A stretch of DNA of 64,000 nucleotides, taken from Clostridiales bacterium. Lineage in GTDB: Bacteria > Bacillota > Clostridia > Christensenellales > Christensenellaceae. The DNA lies in contig SVGZ01000007.1 of NCBI GenBank assembly GCA_015056045.1, positions 10,866 to 74,865 of the forward strand, given 5' to 3'. The translations under genes were made by a program, and so were the position numbers. This document shows, in pieces, positions 1 through 8,282 of this stretch; the first letter of the stretch is position 1; each line of letters opens with the position of its first letter. The notes beneath the pieces are model-generated. The model was not told where the DNA came from and did not search any database. It saw nothing but the letters and a program-made list of their open reading frames with translations.

Positions 1-17
1 GATAGAAAGGAAAATGT

Positions 18-356
18 ATGACAGAACTGATTTGCATCCGCTGTCCCATTGGCTGCAGGCTTATGGTTACGGATTTTCTTACGGTTTCGGGCAATCAATG
101 TAAGCACGGAATGGAATATGCTATTGAGGAAATGACTGCGCCGAAACGCATTGTCACAAGCCTGATCAAACTCATTGGTGCAGATGAACCGCTTTCCGTT
201 AAAACCGAAGTGCCGATCCCGAAAGAATTGATTTTCAATGTACTTGAAGAGATCAAAAAACTTCGTTTACAAGCACCCGTTGAAATCGGAACGGTGCTCA
301 TCGAAAATATTCTGGGTACAGGCGTCAATATTATTGCAACAAAAACAGTAAAATAA
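18..356 (+). CDS. DUF1667 domain-containing protein (small Cys-rich protein usually encoded next to FAD-dependent glycerol-3-phosphate-dehydrogenase-like oxidoreductases)
   Basis: 112-aa ORF with CIRCPIGC...GNQCKHG cysteine pattern and length typical of DUF1667. A hairpin terminator follows. Confidence 0.7.
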   Translation: MTELICIRCPIGCRLMVTDFLTVSGNQCKHGMEYAIEEMTAPKRIVTSLIKLIGADEPLSVKTEVPIPKELIFNVLEEIKKLRLQAPVEIGTVLIENILGTGVNIIATKTVK

Positions 357-363
357 AAATAAC

Positions 364-396
364 AGCCGGTCTGTGTTTAGCAGCCCGGCTTTTTGT
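364..396. terminator. Bidirectional intrinsic terminator between convergent genes
   Basis: AGCCGG (364-369) pairs with CCGGCT (385-390). T-run on + strand (391-395) and T-rich run on - strand. Confidence 0.6.
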
Positions 397-408
397 TCAA
401 ACAGGAAT

Positions 409-810
409 TTATCGGATTTTCAGTTGTTGAAAGATTTCCTCTGTTTCGGATTTTGCTCCTTCGAAATGCGGCCATGCGTCAATGCCGTCAGCGTTTTTTC
501 TCGGGATAATATGGAAACGGAAATGCGGAACGGATTGTCCTGCGCTTTCCTCACTTGCATTCAAAAGGTTCACGCCGTCATAGCCGCATTTTTCTGTGCA
601 GTGAATCGAAATCTTTTTCACGGTTTCCATCAGATGATGCAAGGTTTCGGTATCGCAATCGAGTATGCTCTTCACGTGCTTCTTTGGTATGGCAAGCATA
701 TGCCCATCGACGTCTCCGGCAATATCCATAAAAACCAAGGTATTGTCATCCTCATAGACCTTGGAACAGGGGATTTCACCTTTTGCAATTTTACAGAATA
801 CACAGTCCAT
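409..810 (-). CDS. HIT (histidine triad) family protein with atypical H-x-R-x-H triad
   Basis: Starts MDCVFCKIAKGEIP, preceded by AAAGGAAAAA. C-terminal QSVPHFRFHIIPR aligns to the QxVxHxHxHxxPR HIT motif. Internal ATG at 810 chosen over the ORF-track start at 873. Confidence 0.85.
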   Translation of the reverse strand: MDCVFCKIAKGEIPCSKVYEDDNTLVFMDIAGDVDGHMLAIPKKHVKSILDCDTETLHHLMETVKKISIHCTEKCGYDGVNLLNASEESAGQSVPHFRFHIIPRKNADGIDAWPHFEGAKSETEEIFQQLKIR

Positions 811-862
811 GGTATTTTTCCTTTGCAATAAATCGTTCGGCAAGTTGTTGTTTGATGAAAAA

Positions 863-1186
863 TTATTTATCAAGAATAAACTGCCATCTCTTTGCTATTT
901 CAACGGGCATCAGTTTGCCAAGAGTTTCACCATCACGAATAAGCTCTTTTTTGCCAAAATGGAAAAAGAAAAATTCTCCAACTTCATTGTTGTATCCAAG
1001 TTGAAATTCAAGTTCTCCTTTGAAATAAGGAAATATCGGTTTTAATTTTTCGTCTATTGCCCATACAAAGGCTGCATCATGATTGTTAATACAGCTGATT
1101 ATCCATTCCTCTTTCTCCGTAAACCACATCCAAAAAGATTTAGCTGCATCTTCATTCATAGCTTTTTTAGTAAATAATGAAAGCAT
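863..1186 (-). CDS. Hypothetical protein (AT-rich orphan)
   Basis: 107-aa ORF with AAGGAGGAAAAAA directly upstream of the ATG. No family recognised. Visibly lower GC than neighbours (about 32-42% in the 60-nt lines I counted). Confidence 0.6.
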   Translation of the reverse strand: MLSLFTKKAMNEDAAKSFWMWFTEKEEWIISCINNHDAAFVWAIDEKLKPIFPYFKGELEFQLGYNNEVGEFFFFHFGKKELIRDGETLGKLMPVEIAKRWQFILDK

Positions 1187-1201
1187 ATTTTTTCCTCCTT
1201 A

Positions 1202-1221
1202 GTATGTTCAGGTATGTTCAA
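1202..1221. repeat. Tandem direct repeat GTATGTTCAG / GTATGTTCAA in the 5' leader of the 863..1186 gene
   Basis: Two adjacent 10-nt units identical at 9 of 10 positions, read directly from the sequence. Confidence 0.8.
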
Positions 1222-1289
1222 GTGCGTTTAATAGTTAAATAAATTCGTTTTAATAATTGTATTTATATTATCATATCGATTACCGATAT

Positions 1290-1323
1290 ACAAGAAAGGC
1301 ACGGCAGAGTAGTCTGCAATGCC
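1290..1323 (-). terminator. Intrinsic terminator after the FliB-like gene
   Basis: Minus-strand hairpin GGCAUUGCAG-ACUACU-CUGCCGUGCC (1298-1323), followed by UUUCUU. Confidence 0.55.
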
Positions 1324-1332
1324 ATGAATTTT

Positions 1333-2262
1333 TTACTCCAGTTCTTCGATCATCGCTTCAAGGTTTTCTTCGGAATATTCGATCTCCGCAGAGAAAAGCC
1401 TTGCGATTTCAACCTGATCTTCAAAATCAAAGTGACCGAAATTCTTGTAAAAAGCGATGCCCATGTTGCGGATAAATGTGCAGCCGAATACCGCAAAAGC
1501 CGCTCTTGCGCCGATGTCGATCTCATCAAAGGCGATACCAAGATGCCTGTAGACAAAATAGACAAGAAGCTGTTCATATTCCGTCTGTCTGTCCTGCATC
1601 AGTGTGTTGAAGTTCTCTTCATCGCGGTCGGAATAGCCTGCAAAGAGCATATTTAAAAGCTCTGTCCATTTTTCATCCATGCGTTCGAGGAAAACCACAG
1701 CCTGCATGAGTTCAGCCATCTTTTTCCGCGGATCCTTTGCCTTGCACATGGCAAGAAGCTTATCCATGCGCTGATCAATGGAAAGACTGCGATCCTGTAA
1801 TACAAGGGTCACTTCATCGCGTAGATCGAGGAGTTCATCTTCCGCATAGCTTTCGCCTTCGATAACAAGTTTAACGGGTTCTTTTCTTCCAAGAATAATG
1901 CGACCGGCTTCTTCACAGCAAAGCCCCAAGCCTGTTTCGAGGCGATCGTCATATTTGTTCTTGAACCTTGGGTGTTCCGTGCAGATCTGACAAAGGTGTT
2001 CTTCGCCAAGTTCTATGAAAACATCGCAAAGCCCGTCTTTATTGAGGAAAGGGCAGCGGTCATGTTCATCCATGATGAAATGCGGAATACCTTTTTTTGT
2101 CGTATATTTTTTAAGCTTTTTGCCAAATTCGCCGCGAATATTATGGTAATAATGATAGGTTTCTTTGTCAATATCCACTTCCCAGCCTTGGCAGCAGGTG
2201 TGTTTGCAATCGCCTGCGATGCATTTGAATTCTTTATAATAATCCGGATAAACGTATTGCAT
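1333..2262 (-). CDS. Flagellin lysine-N-methylase (FliB)-like, YkgJ-type Cys-rich protein
   Basis: MQYVYPDYYKEFKCIAGDCKHTCCQGWEVDID Cys cluster typical of the FliB/CxxCxxCC family. GAGGAAAC lies upstream of the ATG at 2262. The ORF-track extension to 2349 adds only a hydrophobic read-through. Confidence 0.65.
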   Translation of the reverse strand: MQYVYPDYYKEFKCIAGDCKHTCCQGWEVDIDKETYHYYHNIRGEFGKKLKKYTTKKGIPHFIMDEHDRCPFLNKDGLCDVFIELGEEHLCQICTEHPRFKNKYDDRLETGLGLCCEEAGRIILGRKEPVKLVIEGESYAEDELLDLRDEVTLVLQDRSLSIDQRMDKLLAMCKAKDPRKKMAELMQAVVFLERMDEKWTELLNMLFAGYSDRDEENFNTLMQDRQTEYEQLLVYFVYRHLGIAFDEIDIGARAAFAVFGCTFIRNMGIAFYKNFGHFDFEDQVEIARLFSAEIEYSEENLEAMIEELE

Positions 2263-2357
2263 AGTTTCCTCGCTTTCCCCAAAAATGATACCATTAAAAA
2301 GAAAAACAAGCAAGCACACAAAAAAAGCTCCCGTGAAAGGAGCTTTCATTGCGTATT

Positions 2358-3275
2358 TTATCTGATGCGTTCGAGCTTTGTAACGGAATAATCGCCTAAA
2401 ATATGGCCGATATAAAGGTTGCCGTTTTCATCGCCGCAGAGGCTGTGACCGCCATGGAGCGGACTGCCGATATAGCCGATCTCGGCAACTTTTTCCAGTT
2501 TTTCGATATCAAAGATGGAAAGCGTGCCGTAATCTTCGACAACATAGACATAGTTTTCATCTGCCCAGGGTTCGCTCGGGTAATTCATTTTTTTGAAATC
2601 GGTGATGAAATTTCCTTCAAGGTCAAATACCTGCATACGGAAACCTTCGCGGTCTGCGACCCAAAGTCTGTTTTTGCTGTCTTCCCATACGGAGTGCGGT
2701 AAACGGAAAAGACCGGGTTCAGCACCGGGTCCTCCCCATGTTTTCAAATGATTGCCGTCTTTGTCAAATTTGTGCATTGCAACGTTGCCGTAACCATCGC
2801 AGCAATACAGATCACCATTTTTAGCCTGGATCATTCTTGTCGGTCGGTTAAAGGGTTCGCCTGCGCGTTTGATCGTGTAAATATCGTGCGGCCACGGAAC
2901 CGTCGGGTCATATCCGTTATCGCTGGGCTGGTCGATCGTGCCGTAAGTAGCCTCGAGCTTGCCGTAAATATCGAGTTTGTAGACAACGTGTCTGCCGTCA
3001 TCACAGACAAAAAGCTTGTCGTCTTCGGTAACGTATAAACCGTGTGTGCGGTTGAAATTCAGTTCGCTGCCGAAGCCGCGCTTGAAGTTGCCATCCATAT
3101 CAAAAACAGCGATCGGGTATTCTTTGCTGCGGTTTGCTACAAAAAATTCACCGTTCTTTGCAAAAACACCGCAGGTCTGCTGCATTTTTCCGTCGGGCCA
3201 TTTTAAGAAATGAGGAACAAAGCGATAGGAAAAATCACCGCATCTGTAGATGACTTCACTTGCAAATGTAGACAT
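2358..3275 (-). CDS. NHL-repeat / six-bladed beta-propeller protein
   Basis: 305-aa ORF with repeated 'G..L..P.G(V/I)..D..G..(Y/W)V(A/C)D' blades. Confidence 0.6.
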   Translation of the reverse strand: MSTFASEVIYRCGDFSYRFVPHFLKWPDGKMQQTCGVFAKNGEFFVANRSKEYPIAVFDMDGNFKRGFGSELNFNRTHGLYVTEDDKLFVCDDGRHVVYKLDIYGKLEATYGTIDQPSDNGYDPTVPWPHDIYTIKRAGEPFNRPTRMIQAKNGDLYCCDGYGNVAMHKFDKDGNHLKTWGGPGAEPGLFRLPHSVWEDSKNRLWVADREGFRMQVFDLEGNFITDFKKMNYPSEPWADENYVYVVEDYGTLSIFDIEKLEKVAEIGYIGSPLHGGHSLCGDENGNLYIGHILGDYSVTKLERIR

Positions 3276-3289
3276 AAAAACACCTCGTT

Positions 3290-3553
3290 TTAGATTTCAA
3301 AATTATTGTTGATAAGGTCGCCGAGACCGTTGATCGCTTCCTGTTCATCAACGCCGTTTGCATGGATAAAAAGGCTTTCGCCGGGTTTAACGCCGAGTGT
3401 CAAAACGCCCATAATACTTTTGGCGTTGATTTTTTTATTTTCATATTCGATGAGGATCGTTGCATCGTAATTGTTGGCTTTTTCGACAAGAATTGCCGCA
3501 GCTCTTGCGCGAAGGGCTTCTGTTCCTGTGAGTTTAAATTCTTTATAAATCAT
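3290..3553 (-). CDS. crh: HPr-like phosphocarrier paralogue lacking the His15 site (Crh-like)
   Basis: 87 aa. The NAKSIMGVLTLG Ser46 region is conserved, but GxHARPA is replaced by EALRARAA. Overlaps the whiA stop, as in the B. subtilis yvc-crh operon. Confidence 0.8.
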   Translation of the reverse strand: MIYKEFKLTGTEALRARAAAILVEKANNYDATILIEYENKKINAKSIMGVLTLGVKPGESLFIHANGVDEQEAINGLGDLINNNFEI

Positions 3554-4490
3554 GATTTCCTCCTTTTGTTTCGGGCAGGGATTGTGCGATGATGTTAAGT
3601 CTTCGTAAGCGATGGTTCATGCCGGATCTTGTCGTATTGCCGGCCATTTCCGCAAGTTCCGTCAAGGTTGCTTCGGGGTTTTCGAGCCTCAGCTCAGCAG
3701 CTTCACGGAGACCTCGCGAAAGCTTATCAAGTCCCATCGTTTCGGCAATTTTTCTGATGCTGGCAAGCTGTTCCTGCGCAGCGTTGATCGTCTTGTCGAT
3801 ATTGGCATTATCGAAATTCGTCTGTCTGTTGATGTCGTTGCGGATGCTTTTCATGATGCGGATGTTTTCCAGTTCAAGAACTGTTCCCGCTGCACCTGCA
3901 AGCCCAAAAAACTGAATGATCTTTTCAAGGTCTTTGATATAAACCACCGTGGCATTTTTCTTGATGCTGATGCCGGGGATGATATTTTTATCCATAAGAA
4001 CGCTCAGAAGTGCTTCTGCAAGTTCTTCGCTGTGCATGACGAATTCTGTATGGTAAGCGCTGTTCGGGTCTGTGATGCTTCCGCTTCCTAAAAATGCACC
4101 GCGCATAAAAGCGGCTTTACAGCAATCCTTTTCGATGATTTTGAAGAACACTTCTTTTTCAAGGCGAATACCGCCGTCAAGTAAAAGCCCTGCTGCGTTG
4201 AGCGTATCCATAAAGATGCCTTCGGCACGAACCTGATAGGCAACGGTGTTTTTCGGCTGTCTTAAAACTTCGGAAAAGCTGCAGTCGATCGAAAAAACTT
4301 TTTTAAAAAGACCGAGCGCCAGAAGAGCAGTCTGTTTATGTTCCGTAACGATGGAAAGGGAAAAGCCCCTTCTTGTAAATGAAATTGTACCTGCTGAATA
4401 TATTATACCGCAAAGCTGCGCTTTTTCGCAATGAGAATGACGAAGATTGACACGGCAAAGCTCATCTTTGACGCCGGAAGAAAAGGACAT
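3543..4490 (-). CDS. whiA: DNA-binding protein WhiA
   Basis: MSFSSGVKDELCRV N-terminus, LAGLIDADG-like middle region, C-terminal HTH (TLTELAEM...RSGMNHRLRRL). Confidence 0.95.
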   Translation of the reverse strand: MSFSSGVKDELCRVNLRHSHCEKAQLCGIIYSAGTISFTRRGFSLSIVTEHKQTALLALGLFKKVFSIDCSFSEVLRQPKNTVAYQVRAEGIFMDTLNAAGLLLDGGIRLEKEVFFKIIEKDCCKAAFMRGAFLGSGSITDPNSAYHTEFVMHSEELAEALLSVLMDKNIIPGISIKKNATVVYIKDLEKIIQFFGLAGAAGTVLELENIRIMKSIRNDINRQTNFDNANIDKTINAAQEQLASIRKIAETMGLDKLSRGLREAAELRLENPEATLTELAEMAGNTTRSGMNHRLRRLNIIAQSLPETKGGNHDL

Positions 4491-4506
4491 ATCTGCTCCT
4501 GAAAAA

Positions 4507-5394
4507 TTATCTGGGGAAACGCTCTAAAACGGAAAGCTGTTCGATCGCAGCATCGCGGTGGACAAGCTCGACCTGAAGCCCTGAATTGCTGAGTCTTTCG
4601 GAAAGCGCATGGGAAATCGCAACGCTCCTGTGCATACCGCCTGTACAGCCGATGGCAATGGCAATATGCTTCTTATCCTGTTCGATATAATGCGGTGCAA
4701 GCTCAAGGATAAGCGAAGTCGTTTTTTCCAAAAATTCCTGCGTGATCGGGAAAGACATGACATAGTTGTAAACATTTTCCGAAAGCCCTGTATCGCGCTT
4801 AAGATCATCGATATAAAAGGGATTGGGAATAAAACGCACATCAAACATCAGGTCTGCATCGACTGGTATCCCGCGCTTATAGCCAAAGCTGATGATGGAG
4901 ATCTGTGCGGTCATGCTTTTTCCGCTGCGATAATAGCGTTCGATCGCGGAGGCAAGCTGCCTTGAACCGAAAGTCGTCGTATCAAGAACATAATCCGCCA
5001 TTTCTTTGATCCGCTGCAGGCGTTCTCTTTCTGCCATGATACCGGGGCTGATCATACCGCTGTTTGTCAATGGGTGATTCCTTCTTGTTTGTTCAAAACG
5101 GGAAAGCAGCGCATCATCCGAAGCATCGAGGAAGAGGATATCGACCGGAATTTCCATATCTTTTTCCAGATGATCGATAACGTCATAGATCTCATCAAAC
5201 ATCGGACCCATACGAAGATCTGCAACGATGGCAATATTTTCCGGCGGAGTAGGCTTGGACATGATGATCCGCATAAAATCGGGGATCAATGCCGGCGGGA
5301 TATTATCTGCACAAAAGCAGCCGAGATCTTCCAGAACTTTGAGCGAAGAAGTACGCCCTGCGCCTGAAAGCCCGGTGATGATCGTTAATCGCAT
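4507..5394 (-). CDS. rapZ: RNase adapter / nucleotide-binding protein RapZ (YvcJ)
   Basis: MRLTIITGLSGAGRTS P-loop, FCADNIPP, and the C-terminal IGCTGGMHRSV motif. Confidence 0.93.
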   Translation of the reverse strand: MRLTIITGLSGAGRTSSLKVLEDLGCFCADNIPPALIPDFMRIIMSKPTPPENIAIVADLRMGPMFDEIYDVIDHLEKDMEIPVDILFLDASDDALLSRFEQTRRNHPLTNSGMISPGIMAERERLQRIKEMADYVLDTTTFGSRQLASAIERYYRSGKSMTAQISIISFGYKRGIPVDADLMFDVRFIPNPFYIDDLKRDTGLSENVYNYVMSFPITQEFLEKTTSLILELAPHYIEQDKKHIAIAIGCTGGMHRSVAISHALSERLSNSGLQVELVHRDAAIEQLSVLERFPR

Positions 5395-5409
5395 GCAAAT
5401 CCTCCCGTT

Positions 5410-6120
5410 TTATAAAACAGCGTTATCGATTCTCTTGGGGTCGATTCCCGCAAGAATGGTTTTTTCGATAGAATGGGGTGCTTTGCCGACGGCTGCGCTT
5501 GCGTGTGCATCCGTTCCGATAACAAAGCGAACGTTTGTTTTTTCTGCGGCATTTCTGATATCTTCAACGGTCAGGTCCGGATGTTTGTTGTTGATCTCAT
5601 ATAAAACGCCGTATTTTTCGCAGATATGGGCAAGCTCGAGCTTGTCCACAGAAACGGCATAACCCGGATGTGCCAGAATATCGACAAGACCTGTCGCCAA
5701 AGCTTTTTCAAAAGCCTTTGTGTGTTTTGCCGAAAGGGAAGGCGTAAGTCTTCGTAAACCGAGCTGCCATGCCGATCGTAAATCGACCTGTTTGCCGCAT
5801 TTATGATAGCCGAGAAGCTTGATGTCGAATTTATCTGCGTATTTTTCGGGAATATCAAGATCTCCCTTCATACCGACAAGATTCAGTTCGATCCCCAAAA
5901 GAACATCGATCTTTCCCTTGTATTCTTCTTTCAAAGAAAGAACGGTATCGACATAGCGGTCAATATCACGGATGCCGTACCATGCGTGTCCGATGGAATG
6001 ATCGGAAATGGCGATCCTCTTTAAGCCAAGGGCAATGGCAGCCTCGATGTTTTCTCTTGCTGTGCCTGTCCCGTGGCTCATATCGGTGTGTGTATGATAA
6101 TCTGCATAGATGTTAAGCAT
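5410..6120 (-). CDS. PHP-domain phosphoesterase (histidinol-phosphatase family)
   Basis: The N-terminal ADYHTHTDMSHG metal-binding motif and AISDH, plus a C-terminal GTDAH motif. Confidence 0.75.
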   Translation of the reverse strand: MLNIYADYHTHTDMSHGTGTARENIEAAIALGLKRIAISDHSIGHAWYGIRDIDRYVDTVLSLKEEYKGKIDVLLGIELNLVGMKGDLDIPEKYADKFDIKLLGYHKCGKQVDLRSAWQLGLRRLTPSLSAKHTKAFEKALATGLVDILAHPGYAVSVDKLELAHICEKYGVLYEINNKHPDLTVEDIRNAAEKTNVRFVIGTDAHASAAVGKAPHSIEKTILAGIDPKRIDNAVL

Positions 6121-7036
6121 TAAAATCTCCTATTAAAATGACTTCCGGTTCAAGCGCTACGCCTTTTTTCTCCATGACCATAGACTGTACGCACTGCATG
6201 AGCAGGTAAATATCTCTTGCGCTTGCATGGAGATCGTTGACAACGAATCCTGCGTGCTTCATCGAAACGCAAGCACCGCCGACGCGGAATCCCTTTAATC
6301 CGCATTCATCGATAAGAGCCGCTGCATAATATCCCGTTGGGCGTTTAAAAGTACTGCCTGCACTCGGGAATTCAAGCGGCTGGGAAGTCTTTCTGCGGTT
6401 GTTCAGCTCCATGAGATGCTGCTTTGCTTCTTCGAGTTCGCTTTCTGTTTCGGCTTTTTTTAACCGGAAAGTTGCGGAAAGGATCGTCATGCCGCTGTTT
6501 TTAAAAACGCTCTTGCGATAGCCGAAAGCGCATTCTTCATTGGAAAGCGTTTCGACATTGCCATCGGGCATAAGAACTTCTGTGGAAATAAGAACGTCTT
6601 TGATCTCACCGCCGTATGCACCGGCATTCATCATCAGTGCACCGCCGACAGAACCGGGGATTCCGCCTGCAAATTCCATGCCGAAAAGCCCGTTCTTAAA
6701 ACCTGTCTGACAAACCGCAGATAACCTTGCGCCTGCCTGTGCGGTCAAAGTATCGCCGCTAATGGTAATAGCAGAGAAATTTTCCGCAAGACGAATGACA
6801 GCGCCATTGTAGCCTTTATCCGAAAATAAAAGATTGGAGCCAAGCCCGATGACCATATAAGGGAAATCATTTTCCGCAAAAAGAGAAGTGCAGAAAGCGA
6901 TCTCATCCGTATTTTTCGGCGAAATGAGTATTGCCGCATTACCGCCTGTGCGGAAGCTCGTATAGCTGCCCATCGGTGCGGATAATGTATAATCGATCCC
7001 TTTTTCGTTCAGTGCGGAAATAATATTTCTGATCAC
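6113..7036 (-). CDS. murB: UDP-N-acetylenolpyruvoylglucosamine reductase MurB
   Basis: SFRTGG, GLGSNLL and GGIPGSVGGA FAD-domain motifs. GTG start with GGAG 8 nt upstream. Confidence 0.93.
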   Translation of the reverse strand: MIRNIISALNEKGIDYTLSAPMGSYTSFRTGGNAAILISPKNTDEIAFCTSLFAENDFPYMVIGLGSNLLFSDKGYNGAVIRLAENFSAITISGDTLTAQAGARLSAVCQTGFKNGLFGMEFAGGIPGSVGGALMMNAGAYGGEIKDVLISTEVLMPDGNVETLSNEECAFGYRKSVFKNSGMTILSATFRLKKAETESELEEAKQHLMELNNRRKTSQPLEFPSAGSTFKRPTGYYAAALIDECGLKGFRVGGACVSMKHAGFVVNDLHASARDIYLLMQCVQSMVMEKKGVALEPEVILIGDFNA

Positions 7037-7073
7037 GTTGCTGCTCCGTCATTTTTCAATATTTAATATTATA

Positions 7074-7102
7074 ATCATACACGAAAACGCTAAGATTTAC
7101 AA
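7074..7102 (-). promoter_or_regulatory. Sigma-A-type promoter for murB-PHP-rapZ-whiA-crh
   Basis: Minus strand: TTGTAA (7097-7102), 17-nt spacer, TATGAT (7074-7079). Confidence 0.5.
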
Positions 7103-8233
7103 TCATTTTGCCCTTTCCTTTATCAAGAGTTCATAAAGCTTTTGCTTATCCGCATCATTTTTGCATGCGGAAATCGAAAGCTCTTTTAAGTTTTCTCTTT
7201 CAAAGTATATAAGGTCATTTTTCGGAATAATGCCGCTTGTGCCAATAAGAACAGCTTCTTCTTCCCGTTCGGAAAGTGCGGTGCGTTCTTCTCTTTTTTG
7301 CCTGATAACGGGCATCATATTGCAGGAAAGTACAGCTTTTTGTACAGCTTCCGAGAGCATACTTTCGCAAAACAGTTTGCAGATCGCATTTTTCTTTTCA
7401 TCTTCCTGCGGAAAATAGCCGATCATCTGCACAAGGTCTGTATAATGGCTGATGCGGTATGCTTGCAGCCCGAAGTTTCCCGCTGTCTTATCCGCAAGAA
7501 TCGTTTTCATTTCGGAAAGCGGTGCAACATAAAAAGCTGCTTCGGATTGAAAAAACAATTCCGAACCTTCAAGATAATTGATCTTTTTTATGATCTCGGT
7601 TTCTTCTTCCGTAATAAAGCTCATGTCTTCTTCCGCAAAATCGGGGAATGCAAGCGCGCAAGAGGGAAGATGATCGCTGGTTTTCGTTCCTGCAATTCTG
7701 TTTCCGTTGGTGATCCTGTAAAACTCATTTTCCGTTATTTCCGAAGAAAAGGGAAGCTGCTTTTCCGTGAGTAAAGAGCCGTTGCAAAACAGGCGATAAC
7801 TGTCTGCCATATAGGGGTAAGCGTTTGTGCAAAGATCGCTGTATGCCGGCATAAGTTCATTTGATTTTTCAAGATCTCCCAATTCTTCTTCTGCAATAAA
7901 GCCCAGAGGAAATGAAATCATATCGGGTCTTTCGCCTGCATTGAGTTTTTCTTTGGCTTCTTCTGCGGTCATGGCGTAAAGATCAATATAAACATAAGCA
8001 TTCTGCTTTTCAAAAACGCCTGCCCGTGTCGATAAAAGGGAAGTGCCGCTTCGCTCAGGCGTCTTGAAGCTGACGATATGCCAAAGCTCAAGCATGCCCG
8101 TGTATTTAGCCTCTTTTTCTTCTTTCCGCAGCGTATAGACGGATTTATCGATCCCGTTTCTGATAAATGAAGGCGAAAGAACGATGAAAGCGATCACGAT
8201 TAAGGCAAAGATCAGCCGAAAAAACTTTTTCAT
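7103..8233 (-). CDS. Hypothetical membrane-anchored extracytoplasmic protein
   Basis: 376-aa ORF with N-terminal TM MKKFFRLIFALIVIAFIVL. No family recognised. Confidence 0.6.
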   Translation of the reverse strand: MKKFFRLIFALIVIAFIVLSPSFIRNGIDKSVYTLRKEEKEAKYTGMLELWHIVSFKTPERSGTSLLSTRAGVFEKQNAYVYIDLYAMTAEEAKEKLNAGERPDMISFPLGFIAEEELGDLEKSNELMPAYSDLCTNAYPYMADSYRLFCNGSLLTEKQLPFSSEITENEFYRITNGNRIAGTKTSDHLPSCALAFPDFAEEDMSFITEEETEIIKKINYLEGSELFFQSEAAFYVAPLSEMKTILADKTAGNFGLQAYRISHYTDLVQMIGYFPQEDEKKNAICKLFCESMLSEAVQKAVLSCNMMPVIRQKREERTALSEREEEAVLIGTSGIIPKNDLIYFERENLKELSISACKNDADKQKLYELLIKERAK

Positions 8234-8270
8234 AAAAAAACCTCCGCCTTATATATACAAAGCGGAGGCT
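8234..8270 (-). terminator. Intrinsic terminator after the thioesterase gene; its 3' arm carries the SD of the next gene
   Basis: Minus strand: CCUCCGC - 14-nt loop - GCGGAGG, then UUUUUUU, then the ATG at 8233. GGAGG sits 7 nt before the ATG. Confidence 0.7.
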
Positions 8271-8282
8271 TTAAATATGTTT

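Noticed and set aside
1333-2349. Signal-peptide-like N-terminal extension of the FliB-like ORF, and similar 5' extensions in the ORF track (409..873, 10836, 11899, 20424, 24593, 26918, 27960, 30948, 40849, 42602, 53488, 60343, 61937)
   Set aside because: In each case an internal ATG/TTG with a well-spaced AGGAGG-type SD gives the conserved family N-terminus. The extension overlaps the preceding gene or intergenic promoter or terminator sequence.
5350-5376. RapZ Walker A reads GAGRTS (Arg instead of the canonical Lys)
   Set aside because: The rest of the protein is intact. As far as I recall, GxSGAGR(S/G)T variants occur naturally in RapZ/YvcJ homologues such as the actinobacterial ones. I therefore do not count it as an anomaly. 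I cannot verify this without an alignment.
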